From: an uncultured Candidatus Saccharibacteria bacterium | GTDB lineage: Bacteria > Patescibacteriota > Minisyncoccia > UBA6257 > XYB1-36-10 | Length of the DNA: 64,000 nucleotides | Assembly (NCBI GenBank): GCA_964362215.1 | Contig: CAYIDJ010000002.1 | Coordinates: 911 to 64,910, forward strand | Reading direction: 5' to 3' | In this document: positions 17,141 to 24,911 of the stretch, in pieces | How positions within the stretch are numbered: the first letter of the stretch is position 1 | Layout: each line of letters starts with the position of its first letter | Notes under the pieces: model-generated | Told to the model about the DNA's origin: nothing | Databases searched by the model: none | Seen by the model: the letters and a program-made list of their open reading frames with translations, nothing else | Translations under genes and position numbers: made by a program

Positions 17141-18451
17141 ATGGTGAAAAATCTGGCGGAGTTGGCAAAAAGTCCGGCGCGGGAGAAGGCGCTGGAAATT
17201 CTTAACGCGGGATATGAGGCGATAAACATTCGGCGATTGGTTAGCCGCAAGGTGCGTTTAGAGGGTTCGCTATTTAAGGTTGAGGGGAGAGAATTTGATT
17301 TGAAAGAGTACAATCGTGTTTTTTTGGTGGCCTTTGGTAAGGGAGCGGCAGATTTCGCGTTGGCAGTGGCGGGGGTGTTGGGTGACAGATTGGAGCGAGG
17401 AATAGCGCTGGATATAATCAAGCCAGAGGCGGAATTACTGGAGGTTATTCCGGAAAGAATTGAGTTTTTAACGGGGACGCATCCGTTGCCGTCAGCGGCC
17501 AATATCGCGGCGACAAAAAAAATAGCAGGGCTGGCTGACCGACTGGGAAAGAGAGATTTGCTTTTGGTACTGGTTACCGGCGGCGGGTCGTCACTACTAA
17601 CAGCGTCGGAGCGAGAGTTTACGGACGCGCTGGTAGCGATAACAACATTGACTAAGGCGGGCGCACCGATTAATGAGCTCAACACGGTGCGCAAGCACTT
17701 GGGGGAGTTAAAAGGAGGAGGGTTGGCGCGGTTGGCGTATCCGGCGACGGTGGTCTCTTTAATCGCCTGTGATGTGTGTTATCGAGCGGATATTGATTTA
17801 TCCCTGGTGGCGTCAGGCCCGACGGTTGAAGATAAAAGCACAAAGCGTGAGGCGGAGGAGATACTGACGCGGTACGGGCTTAATCCATACTTATTTAATT
17901 TGCGGGAGACGCCGAAGGAGGAGATGTATTTTGAACGGGTGGAAAACATATTGGTGGCGTGTAATCAAGACGCGTTGGCGGCGATGGAGGAGAAGGCGGC
18001 TGAATTAGGACTATCGGCGAAAATTTTTTCCACGGCGGTGGCGGGGGAGGCACGGAATGTTTTTCACGCGATACTGGACAAGATAGAGCCGGGGGAAGTA
18101 GCGCTGGCCGGAGGGGAGACGACGGTTAAGATAAGAGGGAGGGGGCGTGGAGGAAGAAATCAGGAAGCGGTTTTAGGCGGGTTGAGATATGTTTATGGGC
18201 ACAAGGATTGGCCGGGGGGGACGTGGGCGATAATAAGCGCGGCTTCCGACGGAAGGGATAATACACCGGCGGCGGGGGCGATGGGGGACAATTTTACGTT
18301 TGAGGCGGCGCGGAAGCAGGGGTTGGATATGGTCAAGTTTTTGGACGATAACGATTCATTTAACTTCTTGGCGGCAACGGGAGACTTAATTTATGCGGAC
18401 CGGAAGAGTTTTAACGTGGCGGATTTGATGTTGGCGGTGAGGGAGAAATGA
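17141..18451 (+). CDS. Glycerate 2-kinase (DUF4147 + MOFRL family)
   Basis: 'FGKGAADFA', 'LVLVTGGGSSLL', 'LNTVRKHLGELKGGGLA', 'GGETTVKIRGRGRGGRNQE' are typical of TtuD/GCK-type glycerate kinases. Confidence 0.8.
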   Translation: MVKNLAELAKSPAREKALEILNAGYEAINIRRLVSRKVRLEGSLFKVEGREFDLKEYNRVFLVAFGKGAADFALAVAGVLGDRLERGIALDIIKPEAELLEVIPERIEFLTGTHPLPSAANIAATKKIAGLADRLGKRDLLLVLVTGGGSSLLTASEREFTDALVAITTLTKAGAPINELNTVRKHLGELKGGGLARLAYPATVVSLIACDVCYRADIDLSLVASGPTVEDKSTKREAEEILTRYGLNPYLFNLRETPKEEMYFERVENILVACNQDALAAMEEKAAELGLSAKIFSTAVAGEARNVFHAILDKIEPGEVALAGGETTVKIRGRGRGGRNQEAVLGGLRYVYGHKDWPGGTWAIISAASDGRDNTPAAGAMGDNFTFEAARKQGLDMVKFLDDNDSFNFLAATGDLIYADRKSFNVADLMLAVREK

Positions 18452-18467
18452 GGTACAATGGAATTGT

Positions 18468-18848
18468 ATGTTTAATTTTGAAAAACCGACGGGGGGTGGG
18501 GCGGAGGAGGTAAAAAAGAAAACATTAAAGGAAGAAGAAAAGGAGAGAAGCGCTCATATTTTAGATAAGAAGGCGGCGGAGATGTTTAGAAAAGCGGATG
18601 AAGCAGATAATTTGGGCGCAACAATAGCCGGCGTAGAAAATAAGTTAATGAAGGAGACCAACCCGCAAATACGGAAAACATTAGAGATCCAATTAAAACG
18701 GTTAAAGGAAGAGAGAGGAGCTATGGGGAAGAGAGAATTAGAAGAAGAGGCTAAAAAGCTTAGAGAAAAGTTTAGACCAAAGAGACAAGAAGAGCTCAAA
18801 GGAGATTACAGTAGAACAAGATTAGGAGGAAAAAGGAGAGTCGCTTGA
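18468..18848 (+). CDS. Lys/Glu-rich hypothetical protein
   Basis: 126-aa charged, predicted-helical ORF that abuts ppsA. No motif recognised. Confidence 0.4.
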   Translation: MFNFEKPTGGGAEEVKKKTLKEEEKERSAHILDKKAAEMFRKADEADNLGATIAGVENKLMKETNPQIRKTLEIQLKRLKEERGAMGKRELEEEAKKLREKFRPKRQEELKGDYSRTRLGGKRRVA

Positions 18849-18856
18849 TTTTTGTT

Positions 18857-21259
18857 ATGGCAGTTTATACAAAAAGGTTTAAGGAAGTAGGAATAAAGGA
18901 CGTGGCGGAGGCGGGGGGAAAGAACGCTTCGCTGGGGGAGATGATACGGCATTTGAAGCCGCGGGGAGTTAATATCCCCGACGGATTTGTGGTGACGGCG
19001 GGAGCTTACCGATATTTTTTAAAAGAGGCGGGACTGGAGAAAGAAATAAAACAGATATTAAGAGGACTTGATACGAGTAAGGTGGAAACACTTACAGAAA
19101 AAACGCGACAGGTGAGGGAACTTATTAAGAAGGCGGAACTGCCGAACGATTTGAAGCAGGAGATTATTTTGGGATATCGGGCAATGGAGAAGGAGTACGG
19201 GCGGCGGGTGGATGTAGCGGTGCGGTCGTCGGCGACGGCGGAGGATTTGCCGGACGCGAGTTTTGCCGGAGAGCATGAGACATATCTTAATGTGCGGGGG
19301 GCGGAGGAGGTGTTGGAAAAGGTAAAAGCGGCGATGGCGTCGCTTTTCACGGCGCGGGCGGTATCGTACCGCGTGGACAAGAAGTTTGACCACTTTAAGG
19401 TGGCCTTGTCGGTGGGAGTGCAGAAGATGGTGCGGAGCGATAAGGCGGCTTCGGGAGTGATGTTTACGCTGGACACCGAGTCGGGATTTCGCGAGGTGGT
19501 TATGATTGACGGCGTGTGGGGGTTGGGGGAGATGATTGTGCAGGGAGAAGTAACACCGGACGAGTGGATAGTTTTCAAACCGACCATGGGGGAATTCAAG
19601 CCGATTATTGATAAACGTTTAGGCAAGAAGGACAGAAAGATGATTTATAAAGCGGCGGGCGAGGGGACGAGGGTGGTGAGAGTGCCGGCGGAGGAGAGAG
19701 ATAAGTTTGTTTTGACTGACCGCGAGGTGATGAAGATGGCGGAGTGGGGGGTGTTGATTGAGGAGCATTATTCGCGGGCGCGCGGACGGTGGCAGCCGAT
19801 GGATATAGAGTGGGCTAAGGACGGGGAGAGTAATGAACTTTATATAGTGCAGGCGCGGCCGGAGACGGTGCACGCGACGCGGGATATGACAAAAGTGCGG
19901 ACGTATCGGAGGAGCGGGGAGGGGAAGGTAATATGCGCGGGCGCGTCGGTGGGAAGTAAGATCGCAAGCGGGCCGGCGCGATTGATTTTAGACGTGAAGG
20001 ATATCGGCAGTTTTAGGGCGGGAGAGGTGCTGGTGACGGACATGACGGACCCGGATTGGGAGCCAATTATGAAAATCGCGGCGGCGATTGTTACCGATAA
20101 GGGCGGACGGACTAGCCACGCGGCGATAGTGTCGCGGGAACTGGGGATTCCGTGCGTGGTGGGAACGGGAAGAGTGACAAAACTCATAAAAACGGGCGAG
20201 ATGGTGACAGTGGACACAACCGGAAGCGAAGGGGCGGTGCTGAAAGGTAAAGTGCCGTTTACGGTAAGTGAGATTGATATTAAAAAAATACCGAAGCCGC
20301 CGATTAAAATAATGATGAATATCGCGACGCCGGAATCGGCGTTTGAAAAGTCCTTTTTGCCGAATGATGGAGTGGGATTGGCGCGAGAAGAGTTTATCAT
20401 CGCGGGAGATATAGGCATTCATCCGATGGCGCTAATCAACTATAACCGGATGTCGGATAAAGTGAAGCGGGAAATAGACAGGCGGACAGCGGGGTGGCGG
20501 AGCCGGACGGATTTTTATGTGGATAAGCTGGCGTACGGGGTTGCTAAAATTGGGGCGGCTTTTTACCCCAAGCCAGTGATTGTGAGATTTTCGGATTTTA
20601 AGAGTAACGAGTACGCGGCACTTTTAGGAGGAGACGAATTTGAGCCGAAGGAAGAGAATCCGATGCTGGGGTGGCGAGGGGCGTCGCGGTATTATCATCC
20701 ACAGTTCGCGGAAGCGTTTATATTGGAGATAAGGGCGATAAAAAAGGCGCGAGAGGTATTCGGGCTGACTAACATTCAGACGATGATACCGTTTTGCCGG
20801 ACAGTAGAAGAAGGAAAGAAGGTGCTGTCAATTATGGAGAAAAACGGATTGGCTAGACCGCGGGGAAGGCAGGCGGACAAGGAAGGAGACCTTAAAGTTT
20901 ATGTAATGTGCGAGATTCCGAGTAATGTGATTTTAGCGGAGGAGTTTTTGGATGAGTTTGACGGGATGAGTATAGGGAGTAATGACTTAACACAACTGGC
21001 GCTGGGCCTGGACCGCGATGGAGGGGAGTTAATTCGCGGCGTGGCGGATGAGCGGGACGAGGCAGTGAAGGAATTAGTGAGACAGGTGATAAAGATTGCC
21101 AAGAAGCGGGGGAAATACATCGGTATCTGCGGACAGGCGCCGTCGGACTATCCGGAGTTCGCGGAGTTTTTAGTGAAGGCGGGGATAAACAGTATCTCCC
21201 TTAATCCGGACGCGGTAGTGCCGACGATTATGGCGCTGGCGAGGAAGAAAGGAAAATAA
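18857..21259 (+). CDS. ppsA: Phosphoenolpyruvate synthase (pyruvate, water dikinase)
   Basis: 'GGKNASLGEM' ATP-grasp N-term, phosphohistidine region 'TDKGGRTSHAAIVSRELGIPCVVG', C-terminal PEP-utilising TIM barrel. ATG at 18857 preferred over TTG at 18845. Confidence 0.9.
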   Translation: MAVYTKRFKEVGIKDVAEAGGKNASLGEMIRHLKPRGVNIPDGFVVTAGAYRYFLKEAGLEKEIKQILRGLDTSKVETLTEKTRQVRELIKKAELPNDLKQEIILGYRAMEKEYGRRVDVAVRSSATAEDLPDASFAGEHETYLNVRGAEEVLEKVKAAMASLFTARAVSYRVDKKFDHFKVALSVGVQKMVRSDKAASGVMFTLDTESGFREVVMIDGVWGLGEMIVQGEVTPDEWIVFKPTMGEFKPIIDKRLGKKDRKMIYKAAGEGTRVVRVPAEERDKFVLTDREVMKMAEWGVLIEEHYSRARGRWQPMDIEWAKDGESNELYIVQARPETVHATRDMTKVRTYRRSGEGKVICAGASVGSKIASGPARLILDVKDIGSFRAGEVLVTDMTDPDWEPIMKIAAAIVTDKGGRTSHAAIVSRELGIPCVVGTGRVTKLIKTGEMVTVDTTGSEGAVLKGKVPFTVSEIDIKKIPKPPIKIMMNIATPESAFEKSFLPNDGVGLAREEFIIAGDIGIHPMALINYNRMSDKVKREIDRRTAGWRSRTDFYVDKLAYGVAKIGAAFYPKPVIVRFSDFKSNEYAALLGGDEFEPKEENPMLGWRGASRYYHPQFAEAFILEIRAIKKAREVFGLTNIQTMIPFCRTVEEGKKVLSIMEKNGLARPRGRQADKEGDLKVYVMCEIPSNVILAEEFLDEFDGMSIGSNDLTQLALGLDRDGGELIRGVADERDEAVKELVRQVIKIAKKRGKYIGICGQAPSDYPEFAEFLVKAGINSISLNPDAVVPTIMALARKKGK

Positions 21260-21307
21260 TTATATTTATTTTCCCCATTACCCATAGCTCCGCTATTCGC
21301 TTAACGT

Positions 21308-21339
21308 GAACAAATAGGAATTTGTTTATGTGATATACT
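21308..21339 (+). promoter_or_regulatory. Palindrome GAACAAATAGGAATTTGTTt + extended -10 (TGaTATACT) upstream of eno
   Basis: The 20-bp palindrome (21308-21327) lies 3 nt before TG-a-TATACT (21331-21339). The GTG start at 21347 is only 7 nt downstream of the -10. Confidence 0.5.
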
Positions 21340-21346
21340 TAAAAAA

Positions 21347-22573
21347 GTGAAGTTAGATGAGGCGACAGTAGAAATAATTAAGGACTCGCGGGGGAGCGAG
21401 ACAGTTTTGGCGCGGGTGGTGAGCGGAGATAACTGGGGAGAGGCATCGGTGCCATCGGGACGGAGCCGTTCCAGTTATGAAGCGTACGTGTTGGAGCCGC
21501 ACATTGCCCAGAAGCGTTTTTTGAGCGAGGTTAAGGAGAAGATGTTGGGGCGTAATTTTGAGCATCAAGATAAGTTTGATAATTTTTTGAGGCGGCTGGA
21601 CGGAACGGCGGACAAACGGCGACTGGGTGGAAACACGACCTTGGCGCTGTCTTTGGCTTTCGCGAGGACAGCGGCGCGGGAAAGGGGGTTGGAGCTTTAT
21701 GAATATATCAACCGGATATACCGCGGGGGCGGGCAGGCGATTCCACTTTCGTTGCCGCGCCTGATTTTTAATTTAATTAATGGAGGGAAGCATGCGATGG
21801 GGACAGATCTGTCTTTTCAGGAGTTTCAGGTTATTCCGCAACATGAGAGCGTGAGGGAGGGGGTGGCGGCGGGGAGAAATTTATATAAGCGGTTAGGAGA
21901 GGCGTTGAGGAAACAGTTTGGGAAGGATAATGTTGAGTTGGGAGATGAGGCGGGATACGCAGTTAAGTTTGGAAGTAACGAACGGGCGCTGGCCGCGCTG
22001 AAAGAGGCGGTGAGAGAAGATGCCTTTCGGAAAAGAGTGTCATTTGATTTGGGAATTGACGCGGCGGCTAATTCTTTTTATGACAAAGATAAAGGCATAT
22101 ATCGTGTGGGCAGAGAGGAGATGAAGGCGGGAGAGTTGGCGAAATATTACCGGCACTTGGCGCATAAGTACGGGCTGATGCTGATTGAGGATCCTTTTCA
22201 CGAGGAGGCGTTTGCTGATTTTGCGGGGTTGAATAAGACAACCGGATTTTACGTGGTGGCGGATGATTTGACGGCGACTAATTTAGCGAGAACGAAGATA
22301 GCGGTAGGGAACGCGGCGGCGGACGCGATGATTGTAAAGCCGAATCAGGCGGGAACACTAACGGAGACAGTTGAGGCGGCGCGGTACGCGCATCGTTCCG
22401 GCTGGCAGCTGATTGTCAGCCACCGGAGCGGGGAGACAGAGGACGATTTTATCGCGGACTTGGCAGTAGGAATCAACGCTTGGGGGATAAAGGCGGGGGC
22501 GCCGGAGACGGCAGTGAGGATGGCGAAGTATTATCGGTTGGAGAAAATTGAGAAGGAGTTGGAAGGGAAGTGA
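21347..22573 (+). CDS. eno: Enolase (short form)
   Basis: 'IIKDSRGSETV', 'IEDPFHEEAF', 'VADDLTATN', 'MIVKPNQAGTLTE', 'SHRSGETEDDFIADLAVG' are enolase signature blocks. Confidence 0.85.
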   Translation: MKLDEATVEIIKDSRGSETVLARVVSGDNWGEASVPSGRSRSSYEAYVLEPHIAQKRFLSEVKEKMLGRNFEHQDKFDNFLRRLDGTADKRRLGGNTTLALSLAFARTAARERGLELYEYINRIYRGGGQAIPLSLPRLIFNLINGGKHAMGTDLSFQEFQVIPQHESVREGVAAGRNLYKRLGEALRKQFGKDNVELGDEAGYAVKFGSNERALAALKEAVREDAFRKRVSFDLGIDAAANSFYDKDKGIYRVGREEMKAGELAKYYRHLAHKYGLMLIEDPFHEEAFADFAGLNKTTGFYVVADDLTATNLARTKIAVGNAAADAMIVKPNQAGTLTETVEAARYAHRSGWQLIVSHRSGETEDDFIADLAVGINAWGIKAGAPETAVRMAKYYRLEKIEKELEGK

Positions 22574-22590
22574 AAAATATGTTTTGTGAT

Positions 22591-22791
22591 ATTCTCCCCA
22601 TTACCATCGGCTCCGCTATTCGCTTAAAGCGAGTAATATTCACTCCCCTCTAATTTGGCTTATAAAACGGCTGGTTCCCGTTCCTCCCAAGGGGATTTTC
22701 CGACCAGCCGTTTTATAAAAGCCAAATTCTTCGTTGCGTTCATTTATCGCTAATTAAGCTCATAGAAGTCGCCAATGGTAATAGGGAGAAT
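22591..22791. repeat. Nested palindromic element, family A copy 1 (~200 bp)
   Basis: attctccccattaccatcggc (22591-22611) pairs with gccaatggtaatagggagaat (22771-22791). Inner arms ...ggcttataaaacggctggt / accagccgttttataaaagcc also pair. Homologous to 34824-35040. Confidence 0.85.
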
Positions 22792-22810
22792 AATTTACCC
22801 TTTTTATTTG

Positions 22811-22880
22811 GAGAGGGGGTTGGACTTAAGGTAGCCCGCCAAAATTTTTGCTTGCGCAAAAACTTAGGCGGGCTTTTGTT
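22811..22880 (+). terminator. Conserved 3-prime module: GAGAGGGGGTTGGACTTAAGGTAGCCCGCC hairpin + T tract
   Basis: agcccgccaaaatttttg-cttgcg-caaaaacttaggcgggct then tttgtttt. The same module recurs at 8 other sites. Confidence 0.7.
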
Positions 22881-22881
22881 T

Positions 22882-22917
22882 TATCCACTTATAATACATA
22901 TGTATTATAAGTGGATA
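22882..22917. repeat. 36-bp perfect palindrome P1 (TATCCACTTATAATACATATGTATTATAAGTGGATA)
   Basis: It is its own reverse complement. Related copies are at 37772-37807 and 46275-46310, with half copies at 26081-26095 and 42601-42610. Confidence 0.85.
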
Positions 22918-22950
22918 TAATTAAAGAAATAGCCCCGAGGTGGGTCGGGG

Positions 22951-23046
22951 CTAATGATGTTTATGTGGATTAATAAAAAAAAGGAAAAGAAGGGAAATTA
23001 GAAGGAACAGATAGAAGATAATAAAGGCATCAGAGGTGCGGAGCAT
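22951..23046 (-). CDS. Candidate 31-aa hydrophobic peptide (MLRTSDAFIIFYLFLLISLLFLFFINPHKHH)
   Basis: Below the ORF-track size cut-off. AAAGGA lies 7 nt before the ATG. There is one TM-length hydrophobic run. The stop overlaps hairpin agccccga-ggtgggt-cggggct (22931-22953). Confidence 0.3.
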   Translation of the reverse strand: MLRTSDAFIIFYLFLLISLLFLFFINPHKHH

Positions 23047-23120
23047 ATTTTTTTCCTTTCTTGAATGAGAGCTGATTAAATTATACCGAAAACTTGGCAG
23101 AGATGCTATAATTAAAAAAT

Positions 23121-24137
23121 ATGAAAATAGGGGTTTGGCAGATGGAGGGGTGGGAGGCGGAATATTTTACGAAGGCATTAGCGGGGCAGGAGGTGGAAAT
23201 TTTTTCGGGCAAGCTGTCGGCGGAGGAGTTGCCGGAGAAGCGTGATTTTGAGGCGATTTGCGTGTTTGTGGGGTTGCCAGTTTCGGTGGAGGTGATTGAT
23301 GCCTTTCCGAAATTAAAATTGATTACCACCCGTTCTACCGGGTATGACCATATTGATTTGAAAGCGGCGGGGGCGAAGGGAATACAAGTCGGATACGTGC
23401 CAAGTTACGGAGAGAACACGGTAGCGGAGCACACTTTCGGGCTGCTTTTAACTTTATCGCACCATATTTACGAAGGGTATGACCGGTTGCGGGAGAAGGG
23501 GGAGTACAGTTTTGAGGGGTTGGAGGGATTTGATTTGAAAGGGAGGACAATAGGAGTGGTGGGAACAGGACGAATCGGAGTTCACTCCATAAGGATAGCC
23601 AAGGGATTTGAGATGAAGGTAATTGCTTATGACGCGTATCCCAAGGCAGGGTTGGATAAGGAGATAGGGTTTGAATATAAGAAAAGTTTGGAAGAGCTGC
23701 TGGCAGAGGCGGATGTGGTAACACTGCACGTGCCGTATATGTCGGAGACGCATCATCTGATAAACAAAGATAATATCGGGAAGTTTAAGAAGGGGGCGGT
23801 GCTGATAAATACGTCGCGGGGAGCGGTGGTGGAGACGGACGCGCTAGTCCGGGCTCTTAAGGAGGGGCATTTGGGCGGGGCGGGGTTGGACGTGATGGAA
23901 GAGGAGGGGGTGATGGCGGACGAGATGGGATACTTACTTTCGGGAAGCGAGAAGACGGATTTGAAGGTGGTGTTAGAAAACCACGCTTTAATTGATATGC
24001 CAAACGTAATAGTGACGCCGCATTCGGCGTTTAACACACGGGAGGCGAAGGAGAGGATTTTGAAGACAACGGTGGAGAATATATTGAGTTTTGCGGAGAG
24101 CGGAAAAACAAAAAATTCAGTAGAAGATATTAAGTAG
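23121..24137 (+). CDS. D-isomer-specific 2-hydroxyacid dehydrogenase (D-lactate dehydrogenase-like)
   Basis: NAD motif 'GVVGTGRIGVHSIRIAKGF', 'LINTSRGAVV', catalytic 'VTPHSAFNT'. TGcTATAAT (23104-23112) lies 8 nt before the ATG. Confidence 0.85.
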   Translation: MKIGVWQMEGWEAEYFTKALAGQEVEIFSGKLSAEELPEKRDFEAICVFVGLPVSVEVIDAFPKLKLITTRSTGYDHIDLKAAGAKGIQVGYVPSYGENTVAEHTFGLLLTLSHHIYEGYDRLREKGEYSFEGLEGFDLKGRTIGVVGTGRIGVHSIRIAKGFEMKVIAYDAYPKAGLDKEIGFEYKKSLEELLAEADVVTLHVPYMSETHHLINKDNIGKFKKGAVLINTSRGAVVETDALVRALKEGHLGGAGLDVMEEEGVMADEMGYLLSGSEKTDLKVVLENHALIDMPNVIVTPHSAFNTREAKERILKTTVENILSFAESGKTKNSVEDIK

Positions 24138-24209
24138 TAAGTATTAAATATAAGAAGGAGGGTGTTATGTGGGTGAATTTGGTTTTTGGAGAGATAAAAA
24201 AGTATAAAA

Positions 24210-24238
24210 AACCCGCGATTATACCTAATCGCGGGTTA
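24210..24238. terminator. Bidirectional terminator hairpin between convergent genes
   Basis: aacccgcgatt-ataccta-atcgcgggtt, flanked by an A tract upstream. Confidence 0.6.
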
Positions 24239-24247
24239 ACTTGTAAG

Positions 24248-24817
24248 TCATTGAGCAGCGGAAATTTCTTCTTTTTCAAGAATCGCTGCTATTTTCTTAA
24301 TACAGGCATAGGCCTTGGGAGAGTGGATGCTGGTAAAGCAAAAGATGTTTTTATATTCTTCCACGGTTGAGGCGAATTCCATGGCCTTCTCCAAGGCCTT
24401 TCTTTCCACCTCGCTGCCGCCTGGAGCTTTCCGGCAGATACCCAGACACTCTTTCACGGTTGAGGCGAATTCCATGGCCTTCTCCAAGGCCTTTTTTTTC
24501 ATCTCGCTGCCGCCTGGAGCTTTCTGGCAGATATCCAGACACTCTTCCACGGTTGAGGCGAATTCCATGGCCTTCTCCAAGGCCTTTTTTTCCACCTCGC
24601 TGCCGCCTGGAGCTTTCCGGCAGATACCCAGACACTCTTCCACGGTTGAGGCGGAGAGAAGTTTCTTCATTATGTCGGTTTCCTCCGGTAATGGCACATC
24701 GAGGGCTGAACAAACTTGGTCTCTTTTGTCTTGACCAAGAATCAGGCACAACCTATCAACTAACACTGAATTGTCCATAACAGAACTCCCTTCACTTTTT
24801 TGGGTTTTAATTAACAC
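24248..24817 (-). CDS. Tandem-repeat protein (31-aa helical repeats ASTVEECLxICxKAPGGSExxKKALEKAMEF)
   Basis: The longest of several open frames over the repeat (189 aa) and the only one with unique N- and C-terminal flanks. It sits between a terminator and a divergent promoter region. Confidence 0.5.
   Translation of the reverse strand: MLIKTQKSEGSSVMDNSVLVDRLCLILGQDKRDQVCSALDVPLPEETDIMKKLLSASTVEECLGICRKAPGGSEVEKKALEKAMEFASTVEECLDICQKAPGGSEMKKKALEKAMEFASTVKECLGICRKAPGGSEVERKALEKAMEFASTVEEYKNIFCFTSIHSPKAYACIKKIAAILEKEEISAAQ
24362..24653. repeat. 93-bp tandem repeat, ~3.1 copies, near-identical
   Basis: cacggttgaggcgaattccatggcc recurs at 24362, 24455, 24548 and 24641, an exact 93-nt (31-codon) period. 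Confidence 0.9.
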
Positions 24818-24911
24818 ACCTTCAGGGTGTGACGCTGGGTATAATATATGATATTTATCACTTAATTGTCAAGTTTGAGGGGGAAGGGAAATGGAGTAGA
24901 ATATAGGGACT

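Noticed and set aside
22811-22830. GTTGGAC/GTTGGAT/GTTAGAC in the conserved module matches the integron attC R-prime core GTTRRRY
   Set aside because: The flanking genes are core housekeeping genes, not cassettes. There is no integrase or attI. The matching inverse core (RYYYAAC) is not consistently placed at the left end of the elements. I treat the match as coincidental, though an attC covariance-model scan (e.g. IntegronFinder) would settle it.
24362-24653. Regular 93-bp repeats that could be mistaken for a CRISPR array
   Set aside because: The units are directly adjacent with no unique spacers. The period is a multiple of 3 and the array is translated as a protein repeat. No cas genes or leader are present.
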